Assembly: GCF_001194135.2 (NCBI RefSeq)
Contig: NC_068982.1
Span: 150,453,149-150,489,690 of the forward strand
Direction: 5' to 3'
Source of the DNA: Octopus bimaculoides
Lineage: Eukaryota
DNA length: 36,542 nucleotides
In this document: positions 20,678 to 32,900 of the stretch, one piece after another
Numbering within the stretch: position 1 is the stretch's first letter
Layout: every line of letters begins with the position of its first letter
The notes under the pieces: generated by a model
Seen by the model: only the letters and a program-made list of their open reading frames with translations
Told to the model about the DNA's origin: nothing
Databases searched by the model: none
Translations under genes and position numbers: made by a program

Positions 20678-23600
20678 CACACACACACACACACAGAACC
20701 ACATTAATAGCTTAGGAGTGAAATTTAGGATTTCTCGGTTTTCTGTGAATCGATTTTGATAAAACTTTTCCCAACTGGTCTGCACACTATCGTTATGTTT
20801 CCATTATTCTGTGTAACATCCTTTCCTTTTTTATTTCAGATTCTTCAGTTTTTGGGTGAACCTCCTCTCTAAGAACAATGGGACATGGGAAAGGCCTTCA
20901 CAACAAAGAAAGGTCTGTCATCATCATGCAAAGTGCTAAAGGCATTTCTCTTCATGTCATTGCATAGAAGTTAGGTCATCATGTGGACACAGACGGTTCC
21001 TGAAGGACCCTTCATTTCTTTAACTGCAGCTTTTCTTCTTGAGTCTACTGATCTTTCTCACAACCTAGAGGCATTTCACTTGATATCCATCATACTTAAT
21101 ACCGTCCTATCCAACCACATCTTTGACCCTCCTCCTATCCATTAAACCACCCCAGCTTTACCATGTTTCCCAATCTCTCTGTTCATGCTTGCCTTTCCCT
21201 CCCTCTTGCAACCTGTCCATCCATTTATCACTTCTCTCTCTCTAATCTTTCTGTCTACTGCACCAGCATTACCATTCTGCTACTCTTTCATACCATGCAT
21301 CACTGGTCACCCCTTATCTACTGTTCACTACATCCACCCTTCAACACTATTCAATCCTCCAGTGGTCACCTACACTTCCCTGTCTCCCCTTATTCACTGT
21401 TTATTCATTATATTTACCCTATCACCAATTCCCCATCGCTAACCATATCTCACTATTCAACACTCTTGCAGTTATTCTGCCCCTGTTCATTTCCATTTAT
21501 CTTGTACCTGGTCTACACAGATATCTCGTCACTACATTTCTTCTTTGATCACCCCTACCTTTCTTCTAAAATATGAATGGCCACATGGCTCTGGTGCCTT
21601 CTCTCACACATTAACTCCTTTTCCCTTAGGAAAAGCTGCTTCTTTTAGGGTTTATAGTCTTGCAAGCTGCATAATGACTCCACTAGTGCTGGTGGCACAA
21701 AAAAAAAAAAAGCACTCAGTACACAATGTACAGTGGTTGGCATTAGAACAAACATCCAGATGCAGAAGCCATGCTTAAGTAGACAGAAGAGCACAATGCA
21801 GTCTTTGGACCCATAAGATCTTGTCTAACTGTCCAACCCATGCCAACATGGAACATAGGCATCAAATAATGATGCCGGTATAAACTCCAAAATCTAATAA
21901 TACAAAGCATTTTGTTTGTGAATGAAAATAATTTGTAACTGAAAGAAATACCTGATGGTTTTACCACATTCCAAATGATTATTTGTAACTTTTAAAAATT
22001 CAGAAACTGAAAGAAAATTGTTACACAGGAGAGTAATGTAAAATTTTTTTGTGTATAAATGCATGAAAAGTGAAGTTGAGCATTGTACCTTGTCCTTTCA
22101 AAGTTTACTACTTAATTAATGCCTAACAAAGGAAAGGGGAAACATGCAACAGATTACACATCACTTCATAGGTGGTTGAAATTTGTTTTGGGAGATACCA
22201 AGTGTAATCTTACAAGAGTACACCTAAAAACTTGAAAGCATACTCAAACTGATCCTGTACAATTAAGAAATATAAATATGAACTCACTATTTGAGTGGAA
22301 GTTTGTGTGTGTACATATCGTGTGCATTGTTTTTTGCAAAGAAGCCTACTAAAGCAATAGATCAAACCTTCTTTTGGTGGGCTCCTTTAGAAAACTTAGG
22401 CACATTGTGTATGTGTGTTTATCATCATCATCATCATCGTTTAACGTCCGCTTTCCATGCTAGCATGGGTTGGACACAAATTTTAACAAAAGTTTTGTAC
22501 TTAGAATGTATAAACAGGCATACTTGTATACATACATACATACACACACTCTCCAGAGTTTAACATCATTACCCATGTAATCATTCTCTTTCAGTTTCTG
22601 AATTTTCACAATAAATCATCGCATTAAAAATGTATTTTTTGCAAATAATCTGGAATGTGAGGGAAAAATCAGATATCCTGTTTCATTTATCACTTTATTC
22701 AAAGACAAAATGTTTGTTATTGAGCATCTCAGTGTTTACTGCCTGAAATAGAAATTTGTCAAATTGAAAAAGCTGTACAAAAATATGTGCAAGCTCTTCA
22801 AGAAAAAGACATAAGTACTGACATCGCAGAACTATAGAGGATAAACAGCTGCTTTAATTTACTTAACAACTCACTTCAAATTAATGTTTAATTTTCTATA
22901 TTAGGTCACCACTTATTTATGTTTATGTAACTTTGTGTATAGTTGTTCTTGTATGTGTCTCATTATGTTACTTGAGTGTTAAGTTCAAAAAGTGAATACA
23001 TAATGTAGCTGTCATGTTATGACATGAACAAACATAAAAATATCATAAGGATATATTGTTGCATTATACTGAATGGTATTTTCCAATATTGAACAATGAA
23101 AAATGCTGTTACAATCTCTCTGAAGCCTGCTGTCTTAATATACTTCCAATATTTTTTTTATATTCTGTAACTGAAACCTCAGTTATTGCACTTACTGAGA
23201 TATAAGCACATTTACTATATTAAGATTCTCCATACATCACTTCAGATATAATAAACCATTATGGTCTATCTTATGGAAAACATTTCCAGTATACCCTTAG
23301 CACATACACAATTTTTGTGCATACCTGGGTATGTTGTCTCTGAAATAGCTTACCAATAAATTTCACGAGACAAAGCAAAAAAGTCAGGGAATAACATTTT
23401 TGTGATGTTTGTATGTCTATGACAGTTACTAACCACATGCACAACACTGCTTTTAACATAAGCATAGAAAAAACCCTAAATCTTTTTTTTGTTTACAATG
23501 TTACCAATTTTTTCAACAATCTGACAAGTAAATAACATAAGCATTTGAATAAATAAGCTTGTTAGGTATGTTCTGGCCCAATCATTACAAGATGCCAAAA

Positions 23601-25428
23601 GTTAAACAACTTCCAAATTAACCATTTTGCTAACAAAATACCATGTTGTCATATGTTACCAAAATACTTGTACATATCAAAATTCCAATGTAAATCATGT
23701 AATTATGTTAAAAGAATCATACTATCATTAGGCAAACACTAACGGTGGCCAACAGTTATACAAAATAATATAAGCTTTAGATTTATTAATAAGGGTATGG
23801 CAGAGAAAGCAATGATTTCCAGAAAGAGAATAGGGTGAAAACCTTTCAAATATTTCTGGAAGAAATGGAGTTCACTCAGTCATCTCCATTGGATATTTAC
23901 TTTTGTTTATTCCAATTTATATGCTCCATATAATAAATGCAGAGATTAATTGCTACAAAAACTGTAAACAACGAAAAAGATAAACTGAACAAAAACTGGG
24001 ATATTATTTTTACATGATGTTTAAGAACACAGATGAAGTGTTTGTTGGATTGTTTGCACCTGGTTGATCAGATCATACAATCCAAATCATCCCAGCAATG
24101 TTCATCCAGTCTATTTAGGGGTATGTAAGACTACTTTTTCTCAGCACTAAAATTGGAGACAAAGTAAAAATTCATATGAAATCGATAGTTTTCCAGTTTT
24201 GTCAATTTGCTATGTATAATTTTCTATATTAGGTGACCACTTATTTATGTTTATGTAACTGTTTGTGAAAGATCAACATTCCCAAAACGGTGAAATATAG
24301 AGAAATTCTTACCTCCTTCTTATAGGACGGCGCCCTGGTGGAGAACGTCTATTATTTGGATTAGGTGAAGCTGATCCAATCCATTTTCTCTGATTTGGGC
24401 TTATTCTTCTTCTGAAAGAGCTGATAGGCCTAGGTGAAATAGTTCTTTTCTTACGAGGAGAGGGACTACGTCGCCTCCATGGAGATGGACTATGTCGTCT
24501 CCTTGGTGAAGGACTCCTCCGCTTTCGTGGTGATGGACTCCTCCTTTTCCTAGGTGAGCTACGAGGTTTTCTTGGAGACGGGCTCCTCCTTTTACGAGGA
24601 GGAGAACTGTGCTTTTTCCTTGGTGATATTGACCTCTTCCAGTAAGGTGGACTTCTCTTTTTCTCAGGAGAAATAGTGCGTCTCTGGGGAGATTTATGAG
24701 GTGAGTTATACTTATGGGATTTCGGTGATCTATGCCGTGAAGGAGATCTGAGGAAAGTAAGTGATATGTTTCTCTTAAAAGATTCTTCTGATAACATTAT
24801 ATAAGAACTTCATAAATTCATATTCAAGAGGAAAAGACAACTGTTACCTGCTTTGAGAACGTGATCGACGTCGATATTTCGGACTCTTAGAATGACTTTT
24901 TTCTCGTCTTTCAGGAGATGAAGATCTAGATTTTCTATCTTTCTTGGTCACCTCTTTCTTTACAGTAACTTTCTCCTCGCTTTTTTTTTTGTTGTCAAAA
25001 TTCTTTATATTTTCTTTCTCAGCATCTTCATTGCTATTTTGAAAATCAATACATTTTGAATTGAAAGAATTTATAATAAAAGCAATTAACATAAGTAGAA
25101 AGGATTCTTAAAATTTGCTATTTTAAATTTCACATGCACACAATGATGAAAGTGTAAAACAATTGTATGATCTAGGAGATAGTTAATTGTTGAGTACACC
25201 ATCAATCAATGTTTTTAAGAAAATAGAAAACAGGAATTTTCAATTTTACTTACATATCAATTATGTCCAGCTTTGGCTCCAAAGGCCTGGGTTCCTCTTT
25301 ACTGCCAGGGGAACTAGCTGAAATCAACTTTGGTGATTTTGAATCAATTGAAGGTCGTTGTGGAGATCTAGACTGACTGCTATCTTTTGATGACCTACTC
25401 CTGGATGAGCTTCTTGATCTAGAGATGG

Positions 25429-25461
<33 letters not shown>

Positions 25462-28400
25462 AGCAAAGATTGAGTATAAATTGATTCTTAATCTACCGAC
25501 ACCAATTATCATTAAACACAGTGTGGCTGCAGCCTGGGAACAAGCTTTTATTGTAATCAATAAAGAATTAGCCAATGGCAAAAGTTGGCTCGACAATTAG
25601 AAAATAAATCATCCTCCTTTAACAATTGCTTTCCATGTTAGCATGGGTTGCAGCAGGTTCCAGTCTGATTTGGCTTGGTTTCTGCAGCTGAATGCCCTTC
25701 CAAACCACTTTAAAGACTGCAGGAAATAATTCCAAGAAAGTAATTCTAATAAATTTTCATCGAGCTATTTGTATGCTACCCATGCTATGTTTTCCCAGAC
25801 AAATATAAGTTTAGCTATTGAAAAATAATCATTAAAGCCTTTCATGATATACTTATAATTAGCTGAACTGACCTGTTGAAATCAAACAAATATAGCAGTG
25901 ACAAGATATGCACCACCAAACCTTTAACTGGTACATTACAATAAATGATGTCTAATATTTGTTGACAGTGGCCAGAAAACATGTCAGAAAGATTAACACA
26001 ATGCTGTGTTAAAACAACGATAATATACATCACCATTTATTCATGAGGAATTAGTATTGCATATACCAATAAAATTCCATGAGCTCAGTCATCACAATTC
26101 ACTTATTTAGTTGCACTAAAAAATAACCGGATAATTTTTTTTTTTGAGGGTGTTGGTAGAAAGGAGGAACGTCTATTCTTTTATTTGTTTCAGTCGTTTG
26201 ACTGTGGCAATACTGGAGCACCACCTTTTAGCCGAGGAAATCAACCTCAGGTTTTTTTCTTTGTAAGTCTGGTACTTATTCTATTGATCTCTTTTGAGGA
26301 GCTGCTAAGTTATGGGGATGTAAACACAGAATAAAGACACACGCAAAATATATACATGTATATGATGAGCTTCTTTCAGTTTCTGTCTACCAAATCCACT
26401 CACAAGGCTTTGGTCAGCCTGAGGATATAGTCGAAGACACTTGCCCGAGGTGCCACACAGTGGGACTGAACCCAGAACCATGTGGTTGGAAGCAAGCTTC
26501 TTACTACACAGTCATGCTTGCACCTATAGCAATCGTTTTTTTTTTTAAATACAAATGGAAGATGCAGATGCTCACCTATCTTGAGACCTGTGATCTCTTC
26601 TGTCACCATCGTGACGGTCTTTATTAATGTCTTTCATATGTTCTTCTTGCTTTCTTAAACCAGCTTGAATCCGTTCCTGTTCAGCCTAGTTTAATAGGAA
26701 AAGGTTAAATCAGGATATATTTACCATTTTTATTTTGAAAGTAAAATAAATATGCATGGTTTAAACTGTGCTTGTAGATCCAACAAAATTGGTTCCAGAA
26801 AGAGAACCAACTAATAAGTGTGTTCTGATAAATCTGATTAACATGGCAACAGAGAAAGTAAGCATGAATGCACCTACCTGACGTTTCTTTATTTCTTCCT
26901 TTTTTTGTTCAAGGAATTTTGTTGGAATTCCACTAACATTATCCTGCGCACTTATTAACAGATCCCACAATTCTTGCATAAAAATCCGGGCGTTTTTGGG
27001 GTTCAGAAATCCAGTAAGATTAATTTGAATATCCTTTGGATCTGGCTGTTGCTATGGAGTTATAGAACAAAAAAACTTAAACAATAATTGTTATACTGAA
27101 ATCAAGAGGCCATTACCTGCATGACAATCAAATAATAAAATAAAGAAGCTACAATGAGCAAGTTCAAGTTTTCTTCAGAGTTTAAGGGATAACATACTTA
27201 GCTTATTCCAAGTAAAAGAAAAAAAAAACTGAGAGAATTCCTTGCTGGACAATAACTCAAATATATTAAAATCACTGTATATACAAGTAGACACTAATCA
27301 CAGTAGTGTTTTAGCTTTTCAGATGATATATTCCTAACTAACGGTCAAAAAATTTATTTGAGAGGAGCAGTTGAATTTTAAATATAAGCTACTGCTTCAT
27401 TCCAACTGACATCAATTAATAAAATACAGCTAAGCTGTGGGGTTCTACAAAATGTAGGCTGGACATTTGGATGCTTTAACCACCGCTGAAAAATACCTGA
27501 ATGCTACAGAAATGCAAAAATTACTCGTCCTACAAACATTTCTTTAATACTTAATGAATAATATATATATATATATATATATATAAAAACTAGCTCATGT
27601 AGAAAGAAAGAAAAAAAAAAAAACCTAAAATGGTCAGAACAAAAAGTAAAAATAATTTTGCCTGAAATCTAAATAGTAATCCTGTTTATATCCTTAATAC
27701 AATATTCAACTACATTCAAATGACAGTAGTATAGTTATAGATATAAAAGCCTAAAATATAAAATTTCAGATGAAAATAGAAGATACACTTAAAAAATTAT
27801 CCTACAGCCACATAAGAAAATAGAAACCAACATTTAAAATACATATGCTATTGTATATAGTAGGCACATACACTACTGCATAAAACCTTAAAGTGATGAA
27901 TCAAGGAAGGCACTACTAAGCAGTCACTAAAACCTGCTGTAGCCTAATCTCCCTCAAAACATACCATCTTTAAAAATGGAAGGCCCTATAAGATAATGTA
28001 GTCATAAAAACACTTAAGACAGGATAGTCACTACAATGCTTTTGACCCGAAGCATGTCTGCTTGATCAGTGATGACCAGGGAAAGGTTAAACAAAACTTT
28101 TTAAACTGAGAAGCCATAAACATACACAATAAGAAAATTATACAATAACTTAGGTATTTGTATAATGCAAGTGGGTTCAATTCAACTAATAGGGCACATT
28201 TTATAAAATTTGTCAATGTATTATTGCTAAATCTAATAAATCATAAATCAACAATTAGCAGTGCTCAGCATTAAGTAAACATGTAAATAAAATAACATAC
28301 TTTATTCTAAAGGAATATAAAATATGCAAATTATACAAATATTATATTTGCATATTCCTAACACCAACCACTCTACAGAGTACATTAAAATTTTTGGTGT

Positions 28401-29869
28401 TAGCAGGAAGCATCCAGCCTTAGAAACTATATCAATATGAAACTTAGAGCTAGTCCTCTAATCCATCTAAGAGGGCAGTAACTCAAAAATAATAACTGAC
28501 TGTGATGACCTAACTCATGCCAGCATTAAATGCTGATGTAAAATGATGATGATTTATAACTTGATTCCATACAGGATCTAAAGTAAATTCAGAAGTCCTT
28601 ATAGAAAACTGACTTTCCAGACCATTCCAACATCACAACTCAATACCCCCGCCCAACCAATGTAACATGCTCATTTTTTCTTTAAGTCCCTCACACATAA
28701 CAGTTCCCGTTCACTAGCAGATAGTATTTGTGTGTAAATGCTATGCTAATGTTACTATTTAAGGGGAGAAGATAAGAGTAGTGTGCAACAAATTACCATA
28801 AATGATGCAAGAGGAACAAAGGTCAAGAGAAACACATACCACGGTTGAGAATGTCTTAAAATGTCCCGACCATGTGGTTTATACCACCTTTGAGAGAAAG
28901 GTTGTTGCTCATCGATGGCAGCGACGACCAATAGCATCCAGCCGACATAATAGTAAGAAATTAATCCTGCAAGTGAGCAGCTTTGCCAGGACTTTGACGG
29001 GACAGGGAAGGCGTTTATAATTTGATCATCTCTAATTGTGAGAGGAAACAGCCAAACATCAGTACATTACCATAAACAACCAGAAACATATAAATACAGA
29101 TATGATATAAATACATTATAGAATTCAGTAGATTCTATATATACAAATGATTATACAGTTTATACGATAAAGAACAACATTATGAAATCTATTAAAAGAA
29201 ATGCATGTACACAAGTCACATATCAATTTTACATGTCAAATAATTCATTCAATTAAATGTTATCTACTGATATTACATGCATGTGACAAATATATAACAA
29301 GAACAAACCGTTAAAGCACTTACTTTGTCCTCAAGTTGATTATATACAAATTCAACAATAACATCATCCTCAATCCCTAAAAGTTCAGTGATTCTCTGGG
29401 AAATCCATGGTTTTAGAGTTTCTACATTCACTTTATTCATATCAACCTAAAATTATAGAAATAATTATTATATTAATAAATGATTGATCCAACAAGACAA
29501 TAACCAATAAAAATAATAGTAATACTTTTTAAATGCTTTTATCACATTTTTAAAATATGTGAAGAATCATTTCATTATATGAATGCTCTTGATTGTTGAA
29601 AAAAAATTTTTTTTTAAATAAAATTATCAATATCAACAAGATCTAATGAAGATAGAACAAACTCTCTAATCAAATAGAAAAATAACATTTGAAAGTAAAC
29701 TTTTAAGATATTTTTTAATCTGCTTTTAAAATCTGTAAACAAATTTTTACTCATCAGTTTCCAATAATATATACATTACCAAAAGTTCCTGGCGGTCATT
29801 TATAGTGGATTAATGGCCTTAAAGAGAAATTACATACCATTATACAATTCTATACCAAATTTTGAATTT

Positions 29870-29909
<40 letters not shown>

Positions 29910-32900
29910 AAGAAAAACAGGAACTAATTTATCAACCATTGATATGAAGATATTACAGCTCTATACATCATGTTAACATTTTTTCATGTTTGCATGGATC
30001 AGAGAAAATTCATTGAGGAAGATTTTCTTATTACAAGGTCTGTTCCTGTTGCAAACATCACTTGTTTCAAGCAAATGACTGTTTGTATGACTGACATTGG
30101 TTTACAATCAGTGAACAATGTCAAGACAACATGTGTTTGTGTATATAGTGTACACATTCATAATTAGCATTTTTTCAATTTGTCAAATTCACTTGCAAGG
30201 CTGGAGCTATAGTAGAAGGCACTCGTCCAAGATTCCACAGTGAGGCTGAAATCAAAACTATGTGGTTGCAAAATGAACTTCTTAACCACACAGCCATGCC
30301 TGTGCTTATATAAATATCATTTGCACTATCAGTGTAGAAAATTGAGTTGTTAGACTTTCTTTTCTAGTTTTGTCATATTCCAAGAAATAGCTAATTTTTC
30401 ATTGAATGTTGCTTTTAATGACAGAATATGATGATTCTACCAAGAGATAGGTTGGAATCATACCTACTGATCATATAACAATAGCTAGATTGACTAAACC
30501 AAATATAAATACAAGCTTTACTTAGCACTGCTTTAAGTAAAATTTAAAGAATAATCTTCAGTACAAAAATTCTTAAGAGTTTTCCACCCAAATGACATGC
30601 TTTATGAAAACAGAAAATTGTTTGATAACTGTCAAGTTTAGTCAACCTAACATGCTCTCATGAAGGCCTCACTTCAAATTAAAGTAAACTGCTGTTTTAA
30701 GATCATAATTTTACCTTTATGTGTAAAACAAAATTATTTACCTTTTTCTCCAATCCATCTGCGAACTTCATTGATTTCAATAGTTTTTTCTTTTTATCTG
30801 CAAACCGATTGTCCTGCTCTGCAGTGGTTCCCTACAAGTGAAGAAAATTTCATATTATTTATTAGGAAAATGGTTGAGGAAAAGAAAATTAAAAACAGGT
30901 AATTTCATCATTATCATTTAACATCCACTTTTGCCATGCATGAATTAGTTTTTACAGCCAGATCTCCTTCCTGTCACCAACCCTCACCTGATTCCAAAGT
31001 AATATTTCTCTATGGCCAGACATGTTCTCACAGAATACTGGAAATGAATGATTCTGCTTGTATGACAGTGACACTCATTTACAACTACCATGCGATGTTG
31101 AGACACAAACACACACATACATGATGGACTTCTTTCGTTTTCTGTCTACCAAACTATAGAAGACACTTGCGACTGAACCTGGAACCATGTAGTTGGGAAG
31201 CAAACAGCCTACTACACAACCACGACTGTGCCCATCATATTACTTCAATTTTATACACTAAGTCTGCAGCATTTTTTGAAAGCCTTTATAACCAGAAATT
31301 AGAATCTTTATTTAAAAGTAGGAATAGTGAAAAAAACAGAACTTTGTATGAAACCACAGAGTTAAACAGTAGAGTTGGAAACAAGCTCAAACTCCCTGAA
31401 ACAAATATGCACTACATTTTATTTGTGGGAAATCTCAAAGATAGAAAACTAAACTAAATTCAGGTGGGTGACTGAGGACTTGATCTGCTAGAAATAGTAC
31501 CCAAATTTCTTTCAAACTACCATCATCTTATAAAGAAGGAAACGGTGAATAATGAAATGTTAACCACAGCACACCACTGCAGGGAAGAGGTGGCTACAGC
31601 TTGAATGCTATAGAGTCTAAGTCTACTCAATCATGGTTAACCCAGAGGCTAAACAGCAACTAAATTCAAAGCTAACTTGTATATATATAAATATATATAT
31701 CAAACATTTTGTAAATATTTCAAAGATATATCTGAAATATTTACAAAATGTTTGACATTTTTATCTATTTACAATTGGTGAATCTATTACAGAACAGCTA
31801 TATATTTATAGATCTATACTAAAAATAGAAATGAGGTACATTTAAAGTGGAGGTTTAGGGGGGGAGCATAAATATTTGAGGCTGCATATCAATACAGAAC
31901 AATATCACCATCATATTGTAAATCAGGCAGCATATTTCATGAACTAAAACAATTTTTTTTTTTGTTACTTTCAAAATATGTAACTTTACCAGAAGAGAAT
32001 TCCAATAGTAATGCGAATTTTTAAATGCAGTTTAATTAACAAGATTATATAGTTGTTTAGCCCTAGGTCAAACTTGTTTGAGCAGACCTATGAGCAAAAT
32101 CATTCCAGCTTGTTTTCATAGTATTTGCAGCAATTTTTAAAGATAATGGTATGATTTGGATAAATATTTGGCTGTTATTTCTAAAAAGTCAAATGACTAC
32201 GTTGAGGCTTCTTTTTTGGCTCATCCAATATACAAATTTAAAAAATTCTTCACAGAAAGATGGAAGCCAGAATGCTTTCTTTCAAACGCCTGCAAACTTA
32301 TGTTGAGACTACAAAGAGGTATTTTAGAAACTTAATATGAAACAAAAATATTTTTTCATAATTAAGCATTTTCTTCATATTTGTTATATTTGAATTACTT
32401 TTGCTCAGTAAACATTTCCGATGATGTTACGGCAGGTTGAGAATCAGAAGCGGAGTCTCGTATTTAACAAGATTACTTTGAAAAGAGTTAAACAATTATA
32501 GTTTAATAAGACTTATCATTTAAAGATTATATTAAAAAAAAAAATTAATAGAAGACAGTGGATTAAGAGTGAACGCAATTTGTGGCAAGTATCTCGTATT
32601 CCTTTGTATTCCACAAATATGATTTCAATATGTATTTTATTGGGCCAAAACAAAAGAAAAAAAATCGTCCTCAAGACTGGATAAACAATTACAGGTTACC
32701 ACACACAGAGTATGTCACCAGCTTAAGCGAGATAAGACCAGCTGTTTGTATCCAGACTAGCTTTAATAGGGGAAGACGCATGCATTGAGCATTTCAGCAG
32801 CGACCATATGAACTGGCAAATACAAACGGAAATAAGGTACGAGATTAATTTAGTGTTAATAATTGTATAGATTCTCATAATAAATAATGATTTCTAATAT

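Noticed and set aside
18081-20785. ORFs with IYIYIY/CVCV runs
   Set aside because: Translations of (TA)n/(CA)n microsatellites and the N gap.
25627-28553. Inverted SINE A copies flanking exons 4-5 as circRNA drivers
   Set aside because: Both copies are short and highly diverged, so a stable duplex is unlikely.
32699-32790. Alternative first coding exon in intron 1 ending GTG|GTAACC
   Set aside because: The ATG-initiated frames either stop or end in phase 1, incompatible with phase-0 exon 2, and a canonical MTDAGFFK exon exists at 35553-35576.
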